Shown: positions 27,660 through 36,265, numbered from the stretch's first letter. The stretch is DNA of 36,589 bases from Candidatus Zixiibacteriota bacterium (GCA_041742355.1 JBGSIV010000169.1:1-36589), one strand, 5' to 3'. Program-made: numbers and translations. The notes: generated from the sequence alone by a model not told the origin.

Positions 27660-28796
27660 ATGCGACCACTCTTGATCGCGGCCGCCGTCTGCCTTCTCGC
27701 GCTCGGCGCCGCCGCCCAGACTATGAAGAACCCTGAAATCTCCCTGATTGGTGATATACGCGCGTTCTCTCACAACGACACGACCCGGCCGGATGAACAC
27801 GAGGCTCTCAACCTGAGCGACCCCGAAATCGAGCTATTTGTCTCCGGCTACCTCAACCCGTATGCCCGCGCGGCAGCGGCTATCGCCTGGCATACGGGTA
27901 CCAACGCTGAGATTGAGGAGGCCTACGCCGAGTTCGTCCGCGGCCTTCCGCTCGGCGCGCAGCTGCGCGCCGGCAAGTACCTGCTGGAGTTCGGTCGGCT
28001 CAATCCGATTCACCCGCACGCCTGGTCGTTTGTGAAGCGCCCCCTCCCGCACGAGCACTTCTTCGGCGACCACGGACTGAACGACATGGCGATCCGCGCG
28101 TCGTTTCTGCTCCCCACCGGTTCGGCCTACACCGAGTTGATGGGGGCTGTGCTCAAGGGAGACGCTCTGGCAGGTCACGAGCATAAGCATGAGGGGACCG
28201 GTGAAGAGACCGGCCACGACGACGAACGCCTCGACCCCGCTTTCTTCGGCCGCCTGACCACCTCCCTGGCGACCGACGAGTTTTCCGAACTGGCTCTCGG
28301 CGTTTCCGTGCTCAATGCCGTCTACAGTGAGGCAGAACACGATGATGAACTGGTATTCCAGGCGGAGGAACCTGACTTCCTGCGCGCCTGGGTGACCGGT
28401 TTTGACCTCAAGTACAAGCGCAAGCCCTCGCGCCACAGCTCGCTGCAAATCGAGGCCGAAGCCCTCCGGCGTTCGAATGAAATGAGCGAGGGTGATCGTC
28501 TCAACTCGTACGGCGCCTACGGCTACCTCGACTACCGCTTCCGCCAGCGCTACAACGCCGGCGGCATATTCGAGTATGTCTCCGAGGAATCGCTCCACGA
28601 GGACCTCGGTGAGACCGTCGTCGAATCAGCCGACCTCTGGCGCGCCGGGCTCTTTGTCGGTTTCGCCCCGGTCGAGGAGACATCACTGATCCGCCTCGCC
28701 GGCCACTGGGCCGAAGCCGAGGACGCCGACGGCTTCTGGGAACTCACCCTCCAGCTGGTCTTCTCTCTCGGCCCGCACCAACCGCACAACTTTTGA
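27660..28796 (+). CDS. His-rich outer-membrane beta-barrel (porin-like metal-uptake protein)
   Basis: Signal peptide, EEAY, RAGK..LEFGRLN..HPH, GHEHKHE loop, C-terminal LQLVFSLGPHQPHNF; GGAGG RBS before ATG 27660. Confidence 0.78.
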   Translation: MRPLLIAAAVCLLALGAAAQTMKNPEISLIGDIRAFSHNDTTRPDEHEALNLSDPEIELFVSGYLNPYARAAAAIAWHTGTNAEIEEAYAEFVRGLPLGAQLRAGKYLLEFGRLNPIHPHAWSFVKRPLPHEHFFGDHGLNDMAIRASFLLPTGSAYTELMGAVLKGDALAGHEHKHEGTGEETGHDDERLDPAFFGRLTTSLATDEFSELALGVSVLNAVYSEAEHDDELVFQAEEPDFLRAWVTGFDLKYKRKPSRHSSLQIEAEALRRSNEMSEGDRLNSYGAYGYLDYRFRQRYNAGGIFEYVSEESLHEDLGETVVESADLWRAGLFVGFAPVEETSLIRLAGHWAEAEDADGFWELTLQLVFSLGPHQPHNF

Positions 28797-28809
28797 CCGG
28801 AGTGATGCT

Positions 28810-29697
28810 GTGAAATTCTCTCACCTGTACATACTGCCGGCGCTTCTGCTGCTCTCGGGGGCGGCAGACGCCCGCACCCAGGTAGTAGCCTCGACTGCCG
28901 ACCTCGCCTACTACGCCCGCCAGATCGGCGGCCAACATGTTGAAGCCGAAGCTATCGCTTCACCCAAGGCCGACGTCCATTTCGTTGAGGTGCGCCCGAG
29001 CTACATGATGAAGGTCAGCCGGGCCGATGTGGTCCTCAAGATTGGCATGGAACTGGATACCTGGATGGACGGGATCATCGACGGCTCCCGGAACGGCTCG
29101 GTCAGGATTGTCGATTGCTCGAAATACATCGAGCCGCTCGAGGTTCCCGCCGCCGATGCCGATGCCCGCCACGGCGATCTGCACCGTCAGGGGAATCCGC
29201 ACTACTGGCTGGGGCCCCAGAACCTCCTGGCCATTACCCGCGCGATCACCGAAGGTCTCTCGGCCGCGGACCCGGCCCATGCGACCGACTTCTCTGCCAA
29301 CCAGCAACGATTCATAGAGCAGGTCGAGGCCGGCCTGGCGGCGCTAAAGTGGAAGACCGAACTACTCCGCGGCACGTCTGTCGTCTTCTACCACAACTCC
29401 TGGCCGTACTTCAACGCGTATGTCGGCCTGGATGCCGCCGGGTTCGTGGAACCATTTCCCGGTGTGCCCCCTTCGCCCTCGCACATTAAAAGCCTGACCG
29501 TGCTTGTCCGGGAACGATCTATTCCCCTGATCGCGATAGAACCGTACTTCGATGACCGTGTACCCCGAAAGATCACCTCCGAAACGGGCGGCCGGATCGT
29601 TACGCTGTATCCATCGATCGGGGGAGGGAGATCCGACGAAACGTATTTGGAGTGGTTCGAGGGGAATCTCGATGCCCTCGCGGGAGCAGCCGAGTGA
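28810..29697 (+). CDS. Metal ABC transporter substrate-binding protein (ZnuA/TroA family)
   Basis: DVHFVE, HGDLH..GNPHYWL, YHNSWPYF, PGVPPSPSH. Confidence 0.92.
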   Translation: MKFSHLYILPALLLLSGAADARTQVVASTADLAYYARQIGGQHVEAEAIASPKADVHFVEVRPSYMMKVSRADVVLKIGMELDTWMDGIIDGSRNGSVRIVDCSKYIEPLEVPAADADARHGDLHRQGNPHYWLGPQNLLAITRAITEGLSAADPAHATDFSANQQRFIEQVEAGLAALKWKTELLRGTSVVFYHNSWPYFNAYVGLDAAGFVEPFPGVPPSPSHIKSLTVLVRERSIPLIAIEPYFDDRVPRKITSETGGRIVTLYPSIGGGRSDETYLEWFEGNLDALAGAAE

Positions 29698-30497
29698 GCG
29701 ACTACCTTCACTTTCTGCTCTGGCCGTTTCTGGCCGGACTCGTCCTGGTCGGTATCCACGTCTACTTCGGCTTGCATGTGATCAAACGCGGCATCATCTT
29801 CGTCGATCTGTCTCTGGCTCAGGTTGCAGCGCTGGGGGTAACCCTGGCGCTGCTGCTCGAGTTCGATCCGGACGGCGTCACCTCCTACTTCTTTTCGCTC
29901 ACCTTCGCACTGGTCGGCGCCACGATTTTCACCTTCACGCGCAATGTCGAGGGCCGTGTGCCGCAGGAGGCCTTCATTGGCATCGTCTACGCTGTTAGTT
30001 CCGCCGCCGCGATTCTCCTGGTAAGCCATTCCCCTGAAGGGGCCGAGCACATCCGCCACCTGCTCGTCGGCAGTCTCCTGACCGTTTCCCCGGCTGCCGT
30101 TCTGAAAACCGCCGCTGTGTACGCCGCGGTCGGCGCTGTCCACTGGTTCGCCCGGAGGCACTTCCTTGCCCTGACCTTCAACCATGGGGGCGGGGGAGTT
30201 CGGACTCGCCTGTGGGACTTTCTGTTCTATGCCACCTTTGCTGTGGTGGTAACCTCGTCGGTGAAGATCTGCGGCGTGCTGCTGGTTTTTATCTTCCTTG
30301 TGGTGCCCTCAGTTTTTGCGGCGCTCATTACCGACAGCATTGCCCGGCGGCTCATCTATGGCTGGATATTCGCGATCATCGGGACGGCGGCGGGGCTGGT
30401 CTTGTCCTTCTATCTGGACACGCCGACGGGGGCGACGATCGTGTGTACGTTCGGTCTGATGTTGCCCGGGGCGATGGTGATACGGCCTGGTCGTTGA
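29694..30497 (+). CDS. Metal ABC transporter permease (ZnuB/ABC-3 family)
   Basis: GLHVIKRGIIFVDLSLAQVAALG, QEAFIGIVY, LLVGSLL, GVLLVFIFLVVP, DTPTGATIV; GTG start overlapping the SBP stop. Confidence 0.9.
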   Translation: MSDYLHFLLWPFLAGLVLVGIHVYFGLHVIKRGIIFVDLSLAQVAALGVTLALLLEFDPDGVTSYFFSLTFALVGATIFTFTRNVEGRVPQEAFIGIVYAVSSAAAILLVSHSPEGAEHIRHLLVGSLLTVSPAAVLKTAAVYAAVGAVHWFARRHFLALTFNHGGGGVRTRLWDFLFYATFAVVVTSSVKICGVLLVFIFLVVPSVFAALITDSIARRLIYGWIFAIIGTAAGLVLSFYLDTPTGATIVCTFGLMLPGAMVIRPGR

Positions 30498-30543
30498 GGG
30501 GACTCTGTCGGGTCTTCGGCTGACAGCCCCTGGCGCAGGAAAT

Positions 30544-30563
30544 GCAATTTGTTAACGAATTGC
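30544..30563. promoter_or_regulatory. Near-perfect 20-bp palindrome, candidate operator
   Basis: GCAATTTGTT|AACGAATTGC (9/10 symmetric), 9 bp upstream of a -35 box. Confidence 0.55.
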
Positions 30564-30572
30564 TTGCCCCAT

Positions 30573-30601
30573 TTGACTTTCGCCGCCGAATACCATATGT
30601 T
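30573..30601 (+). promoter_or_regulatory. sigma70 promoter of the DUF6754 operon (leaderless)
   Basis: TTGACT-17 bp-TATGTT, GTG start 5 nt downstream. Confidence 0.6.
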
Positions 30602-30606
30602 CCGTC

Positions 30607-31485
30607 GTGCGGATATCAAGACTACAGGCCTTCTGGCACAGCACCATCACCCTCGGCACGCTCATTCTGGCCGACTGGTCTTCTGTCGCCGCCCAGGAAG
30701 CCGAGCGCCAGCTCTTCCGCACTGACCGGATCAACGCTCTCCTGTTTCTGCTGATCTTCTCCTCGGCTGTCCTCCTCTACACCCGCTGGGCCCGGCAGGG
30801 AAAACCCCTCTTTGTCCGCAAGATCGCCGGGCTGGATGCGCTGGAGGAAGCAGTCGGCCGCGCCACCGAGATGGGCCGCCCGGTCCTCTATATCCCCGGC
30901 ATTCTCGAACTCGATGATATCCAGACTATCGCCAGCATATCGATCCTCGGCCGAGTCGCCAAGGTGACCGCCCAATACGAGACCCCCCTCCATGTCCCGG
31001 TGCGTTACCCCCTCGTGCTGGCCGCCGGACAGGAGATTGTCGCCCAGGCGTATGCCGAGGCCGGACGGCCGGATGCCTACGATAAAGACATGGTCCGCTA
31101 CGTGGCCGGTGAGCAGTTCGCCTTCACTGCCAATGTAAACGGCTACATGGTCCGCGAGCGGCCGGCCACCAACATATATATGGGCGGTTTTTTTGCCGAA
31201 TCCCTCATCCTTGCCGAGACCGGCAACGCGGCCGGCTCGATCCAGATCGCCGGAACCGCCGAGGCGTCGCAGCTGCCGTTTTTTGTCGCCGCCTGCGACT
31301 ACACCCTCATGGGCGAGGAGCTCTACGCAGCGTCGGCTTATCTCTCCCACGAGCCGATTATGCTCGGTGGACTCAAAGGGCAGGACTTCGTAAAGATGCT
31401 GCTCATAATTGCCATCATCGTTGGCGTTCTGCTGACCGCTTTCGGGTTCGGCGAAACCTATCTCGAATGGTTCGAGTCAGTCTGA
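30607..31485 (+). CDS. DUF6754 domain membrane protein
   Basis: RKIAGLDALEEAVGRATEMGRPVLY, FFAESLILAETG..AGSIQIAGT, QLPFF, LMGEELYAASAYLS recalled as DUF6754; flanking TMs. Confidence 0.8.
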   Translation: MRISRLQAFWHSTITLGTLILADWSSVAAQEAERQLFRTDRINALLFLLIFSSAVLLYTRWARQGKPLFVRKIAGLDALEEAVGRATEMGRPVLYIPGILELDDIQTIASISILGRVAKVTAQYETPLHVPVRYPLVLAAGQEIVAQAYAEAGRPDAYDKDMVRYVAGEQFAFTANVNGYMVRERPATNIYMGGFFAESLILAETGNAAGSIQIAGTAEASQLPFFVAACDYTLMGEELYAASAYLSHEPIMLGGLKGQDFVKMLLIIAIIVGVLLTAFGFGETYLEWFESV

Positions 31486-31505
31486 GGAACAGCCGGTAAC
31501 AGCCC

Positions 31506-32165
31506 ATGAGAACAACCCTCCCCCTTACAGTCGCTTTCGTCACCGGCCTGATCTTTGTCGTCTCGTTCTTCTTCGCCGAGGACTCGATTATTGGCCAGGC
31601 TTCGGGGACCCTGCAGGTCTGGGTCTCGATCATCGGCGGCTTCACCCTTCTGCTCGGTGTCGTTTCGATTGTCCGGGTCAATTGGTCGGCCGTTTCGCGC
31701 CGCCGTCCCGGCTGGGTCTATCGTCTCTGCACCCTGGTTTCTGTCTTCGTGATGGCGATCCCGGCCCTCCTGCCGTCCTCGTGGTCCCCGCTCTTCGGAC
31801 GCGGCGAGGGTTCGGTGTACGACTGGCTCTTCCTCTACCTCGACAGCCCCATGATGGCCACCATGTTCGCCATGCTGGCCTTTTATATCGCTTCGGCCGC
31901 CTACCGGGCGTTCCGCGCCCGCAGCGGCGAGTCCACGGTCCTGTTGCTCACCGCCGTGATCGTCATGCTCTGGCGCGTCCCCATGGGCGAGGCCTTCCTG
32001 AACCTCTTCCCCGGCGACATTCCGCAGTGGCTCAACACGTACGTGATGCGCGGCGTCAATGTCGCCGTCCAGCGCGGCATCCTGATCGGCGCCGCTCTCG
32101 GCGCGGCTTCGATGTCCCTGCGCATCATCCTCGGTATCGAACGAACCTACATGGGGAAGGGCTGA
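31506..32165 (+). CDS. Conserved hypothetical polytopic membrane protein (DUF6754 cluster)
   Basis: About six hydrophobic segments; FYIASAAYRAFR and RGILIGAALG motifs; 20 bp after the previous gene. Confidence 0.82.
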   Translation: MRTTLPLTVAFVTGLIFVVSFFFAEDSIIGQASGTLQVWVSIIGGFTLLLGVVSIVRVNWSAVSRRRPGWVYRLCTLVSVFVMAIPALLPSSWSPLFGRGEGSVYDWLFLYLDSPMMATMFAMLAFYIASAAYRAFRARSGESTVLLLTAVIVMLWRVPMGEAFLNLFPGDIPQWLNTYVMRGVNVAVQRGILIGAALGAASMSLRIILGIERTYMGKG

Positions 32166-32168
32166 GCC

Positions 32169-33005
32169 ATGGCGTTCTGGACCAGAGTTGAAAAGATGGA
32201 TCGCCGCTGGATCTACCTCATGGTCATTATCGCGGTGATCATCCCCTTCATCATTCAGGCCAAGTTTCCGGTGAGCATCACCCAGGAGTCCCGCCTGCTG
32301 TACGAGTATGTGGAGGGGTTGCCCAACGGCAGTGTCGTTATGCTGGTTTTCGACTACTATCCCTCGACCATCGCCGAGTGTGAACCGATGACCCGCACCG
32401 CCCTGCACCACCTTTTCCGCAAGGACTGCAAGGTTATCACGCTCAGTAACATCCCCCTTGGCGGCCCCACGATGGCCGAATCGGTCACGCGCGAGATGGC
32501 CCAGTTGTACGGCAAGGTTTACGGCACCGATTTTGTCAACCTGGGCTACAAGGCCGACTACGTGGCCGTTCTCCGCGGCATGGGCTACTCGATCAAGGAC
32601 ATCTTCCCCGCCGACTACTCCGGCACGCCGCTGGATTCACTGCCCCTGATGCAGAAGGTCAAGAACTACGCCGATGTCGCCTTTATCTTCGAGGTCGCGG
32701 ACAACGCCACCGCCGACTACTGGGCCTCGATCGTCAACGCGCAGTTCGGCGTGCCAATGGGCTGCGGCACCACTGCCGTCAGCGCTCCCCGCTACTACGC
32801 GTTCGTCTCTTCCGGCCAGTTTGTCGGCCTCCTCGGCGGCATGAAGGGCGCGGCCGAGTACGAGATGCTCGTCGGCCACCCCGATATGGCTTTCCGGGGT
32901 ATGGATGCCCAGTCGCTCGTCCACCTGCTCATTATCGGCCTCGTCATGCTCGGCAACGTCAGTTTCTTCATCAGCCGCCGCAACCGGTGGAGGAGCACCC
33001 CATGA
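32169..33005 (+). CDS. Hypothetical membrane protein with soluble alpha/beta domain between two TMs (DUF6754 cluster)
   Basis: N-terminal TM after DRR, YGTDFVNLGY, GLLGGMKGAAEYE, MDAQSLVH, C-terminal TM. Confidence 0.85.
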   Translation: MAFWTRVEKMDRRWIYLMVIIAVIIPFIIQAKFPVSITQESRLLYEYVEGLPNGSVVMLVFDYYPSTIAECEPMTRTALHHLFRKDCKVITLSNIPLGGPTMAESVTREMAQLYGKVYGTDFVNLGYKADYVAVLRGMGYSIKDIFPADYSGTPLDSLPLMQKVKNYADVAFIFEVADNATADYWASIVNAQFGVPMGCGTTAVSAPRYYAFVSSGQFVGLLGGMKGAAEYEMLVGHPDMAFRGMDAQSLVHLLIIGLVMLGNVSFFISRRNRWRSTP

Positions 33006-34018
33006 CCGGCATGGAAATCTTCCAGATCTGGATTATCGCCTTCTTCACTGTGGCACTGCTGTCCTTCCTCTATAAGGACAACCCCCTTTACCGCTTGGCC
33101 GAACACATCTTCGCCGGCCTGTCGGCCGGCTACTATGTCGGCCTGGTCTGGCACGAGGTGATCCTGCGGCAGCTCTGGACCCCGCTCCAGTCGGGCGGAC
33201 ACTGGATGCTCCTCATCCCGCTCCTGCTCGGCACGCTTATGTTCGGCCGATTCTTCCCCAAGTATGCCTGGATCTCGCGCACGCCGCTGGCGTTCGTCAT
33301 GGCCGTAACCGCCGGTATCTTCCTGATCTCCCAGCTTCACGGCATGGTCCTCCCGCAGGTTAAGGACACTATGTCTCCGAGTTTCGAACTGGTGGTGGTC
33401 GACTCCACGGGGTACGACACCTTCCCCGACCAGCTCGTTATTGTCGATAGCATCGCCCCGGATTCGCCGCCGGTCCAATCAGGCAACCTGCTGCTGAGCA
33501 AGCGGGATGTTGCCCGCACCGGCGACAGCGTGACCATCAGCACGACTTTTACCGACCCCGAAATGCCTACCGTGGATCGCCTCGCGTTCACCCTCAAACT
33601 CCGTTTGCCCGACGACTTGACGCATAAAGCGCTCGTTCTGGCGGGCGGTCCGACCGCTCCGGGCGTACAAATTATTGACAATGGCGGCGGATCGTACACA
33701 GCCAGCTACACGTATGTTCCGGATACTCTCCGGCCCGTCGGCCCATACGACATCTCGTACTCCGTTTCCCGCGCCGAGCGGGAACTCGCCCTGAACATCC
33801 TGGTCCTCCTTGGCGTCATCTCCACTCTGATCTACTTCTACTTCTCCAAGGAGCACACCGGCGCGCTCGGTGTCGGCGCCCGCGTCGGCATCTGGTTCAT
33901 CATGATCGGCTTCGGCGCTCACTTCGGCTACACGGTCATGGGCCGCGTCTCCCTCCTTATAGGACGGGTGCAGTTCCTCATCGACGACTGGCTGGGCTCG
34001 TTCCCCCACATATTCTAA
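33002..34018 (+). CDS. Hypothetical polytopic membrane protein with inserted beta-rich loop domain (DUF6754 cluster)
   Basis: SFLYKDNPLYRLAEHIFAG, YFYFS, MIGFGAHFGYTVMGR; ATGA overlap with the previous gene. Confidence 0.85.
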   Translation: MTGMEIFQIWIIAFFTVALLSFLYKDNPLYRLAEHIFAGLSAGYYVGLVWHEVILRQLWTPLQSGGHWMLLIPLLLGTLMFGRFFPKYAWISRTPLAFVMAVTAGIFLISQLHGMVLPQVKDTMSPSFELVVVDSTGYDTFPDQLVIVDSIAPDSPPVQSGNLLLSKRDVARTGDSVTISTTFTDPEMPTVDRLAFTLKLRLPDDLTHKALVLAGGPTAPGVQIIDNGGGSYTASYTYVPDTLRPVGPYDISYSVSRAERELALNILVLLGVISTLIYFYFSKEHTGALGVGARVGIWFIMIGFGAHFGYTVMGRVSLLIGRVQFLIDDWLGSFPHIF

Positions 34019-34038
34019 CTCTGTTCGGAGATAGCGCT

Positions 34039-35145
34039 ATGTCTCGGATGCGGCTGCCCCGTCATATTCTTCGAGTTGCGCCCATTATCATCGCGGGTTT
34101 CGTCGCACTCATGTTCGCCGGCTGCGGCTACGACGGCAAGGAGCCGCCGTACGATTGCGACCGGAACCCCGCCAACTTCCCGGAAGTGGCTGTCGACTTC
34201 CTCCGGAGCATCGAAGGCGGTTACCTGCATACTGCCGATGAGATCTCCGAACGCTTCTCGGCCATTTACACGGCCCACCCTTCTTTGCTCAGTGACAGGA
34301 CGTGGAATAATGTCACGCAGCGGCTCGGCATTCGCCTCCGGTACCGCGCCGACCGTCTCGTGCAGGATGGTCTGTTGCAATTTGCCCAGGCGGCCGACTA
34401 CTATGCGGTTGCGGCCCAGACTCACCCCACCGACAGCGCTCTTGCCGCGCAGGCCCGGCTGTTCTCCACGTGGCGCACAGCTGTCGCCGACTCGACTTTC
34501 GATATTCCGCGACTGGCCGCCCGTGAGGATCTCACGCCCGAAGTCGTCACATTCAAACTGGCGGCCCTCACCCGCTTCGCTCTGTGCAGCGACGCCCATC
34601 TCCAGTTCGCCCGGCAGTACCTCGCCGGGGCGCTCTTCCCCCCCGATATCATTGCTCATTTCAAGAGCAGCGGTGCGGCCGGCCTCTCTCCTGCCGACGG
34701 CGCCCTCCTCTGCGCCCTCGGTCTGATGGGCGCCGACATCGATACGGCCGTTGTCCGATTCCGTCAACCGGACATCGAGGTTTCCGCGGTGCGCGTCACG
34801 CCCACTGCTGCCGACAGTTTTCGCATCGAGATCTACTTCCTCCCGCGGGAACCGATCCCAGCCGATCTCGGCATCTCGCTTTGGGTCGAAACGCCGGATT
34901 CGGTACTTCCGGCCGACAAACAGCCCCGATTTCCCTTCGACTTCATGCCCACTCCTCCCACCTCTACGTGGCCGGCGGGGGAAGTTGCGGTCGCACTCCG
35001 GCACATTTCTTTTGGCTATCCTGTCTCCGCCGTGTTACTTGGATTGTATGATACGACAAGCGGCCGCGCCGTGTACCTGCCCTTCGATGGCCCCGGAGGG
35101 GATCGTGTCAGGATCCCGATTCCGCCCGACTCCGGCAGACCATGA
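34039..35145 (+). CDS. Hypothetical lipoprotein
   Basis: Lipobox-like FAGC after a hydrophobic stretch; helical N-half, beta-rich C-half; fills the operon gap. Confidence 0.7.
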   Translation: MSRMRLPRHILRVAPIIIAGFVALMFAGCGYDGKEPPYDCDRNPANFPEVAVDFLRSIEGGYLHTADEISERFSAIYTAHPSLLSDRTWNNVTQRLGIRLRYRADRLVQDGLLQFAQAADYYAVAAQTHPTDSALAAQARLFSTWRTAVADSTFDIPRLAAREDLTPEVVTFKLAALTRFALCSDAHLQFARQYLAGALFPPDIIAHFKSSGAAGLSPADGALLCALGLMGADIDTAVVRFRQPDIEVSAVRVTPTAADSFRIEIYFLPREPIPADLGISLWVETPDSVLPADKQPRFPFDFMPTPPTSTWPAGEVAVALRHISFGYPVSAVLLGLYDTTSGRAVYLPFDGPGGDRVRIPIPPDSGRP

Positions 35146-35186
35146 GCGGGCGGTTCTGCTCAGCCGGATCGCCGCCAAGATAATGC

Positions 35187-35215
35187 TTGCGGAACCGCGG
35201 GGCGTGGCCTACCAT
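35187..35215 (+). promoter_or_regulatory. Putative sigma70 promoter for nucleotidyltransferase-metK
   Basis: TTGCGG-17 bp-TACCAT, 14 nt before ATG 35230. Confidence 0.4.
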
Positions 35216-35229
35216 TGTGCAGATTAGCT

Positions 35230-36216
35230 ATGAGCAGGAATATTCGTGTCATAATTCCAGTCGCCGGGTCCGGCAGTCGCTTGCAGCCCCACACGCTTAC
35301 CCTTCCCAAAGCGCTGCTGCCGGTCGGGGGCAAACCCGCCCTCGCCCATGTCCTGGATCCGATCGCCGCCCTCGAACCCGACGAGGTCGTTTTTGTCGTT
35401 GGCCACCTCGGCGATCAGATCATGAACTGGGTCCGCGACAACTTCACTTTCAAAACCAGGTTTATTCCGCAGGAGAAACTGCTCGGACTGGGATACGCCC
35501 TGCACCTGGCGATGAAGGATCTCGATGACCGTCCGACCCTGATTATCCTCGGTGACACCGTGGTCGACTGCGACTACGAGGCGCTGATCAATACGGGCGA
35601 CTACGTTCTCGGCCTGCGAGCGGTGGACAATCCCCACCGTTTCGGCATAGCCGAACTCGACGGCAGCTATATCGTCGGCCTCGAGGAGAAGCCCGAGCAC
35701 CCGAAGACCAACCTGGCCCTCATCGGCCTGTACTATTTTGCCGAAGTCGGGCAGCTCAGGGCGGATCTTGCCAACCTTGTCCGCTCCGGCCGAACGACAA
35801 GCGGAGAAATCCAGTTTACCGATGCCCTGCACAGCATGATCGAGGCGGGCGTACGCTTCGCCCCCTTCGAGGTCTCCGGCTGGTTCGACTGCGGCAAGAA
35901 GGAGACGCTCCTGTCGTCCAATCGGGCGCTGCTCGAAAGTCAGCCGCAGCCGAAAGCCCCAGATGGGTCTGCCTTCGTGCCACCGGTCTACATCGCCCCG
36001 ACGGCGAAGATTGTCAACAGCATCATCGGGCCGAACGTTTCGATCGGAGACAATGTCACGGTCGAACGCTCGGTTATCAGCAATGCCATCATAGGCGAGC
36101 GCTCGCGCATCACGCACAGCGTGCTCAACGATACCCTGATCGGTCGCGACGCCGTAGTCGAAGGACAGGCCGCGGAGTTGAACCTCGGGGACAAGTCAAC
36201 CCTGGGCCGCGTGTGA
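35230..36216 (+). CDS. Sugar-phosphate nucleotidyltransferase (long-form glucose-1-phosphate thymidylyltransferase-like, C-terminal left-handed beta-helix)
   Basis: IPVAGSGSRLQPHT..PK.L, LGDT, EEKP, GEIQFTDAL, WFDCG, hexapeptide repeats. Confidence 0.9.
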   Translation: MSRNIRVIIPVAGSGSRLQPHTLTLPKALLPVGGKPALAHVLDPIAALEPDEVVFVVGHLGDQIMNWVRDNFTFKTRFIPQEKLLGLGYALHLAMKDLDDRPTLIILGDTVVDCDYEALINTGDYVLGLRAVDNPHRFGIAELDGSYIVGLEEKPEHPKTNLALIGLYYFAEVGQLRADLANLVRSGRTTSGEIQFTDALHSMIEAGVRFAPFEVSGWFDCGKKETLLSSNRALLESQPQPKAPDGSAFVPPVYIAPTAKIVNSIIGPNVSIGDNVTVERSVISNAIIGERSRITHSVLNDTLIGRDAVVEGQAAELNLGDKSTLGRV

Positions 36217-36265
36217 CCGGAACGCTCGCCTGCAGCAGCCATCATGAGTTGAAGGAGTACTGAGA

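Noticed and set aside
36217..36265. SAM riboswitch before metK
   Set aside because: The gap is only 49 nt and shows no SAM-I/II consensus
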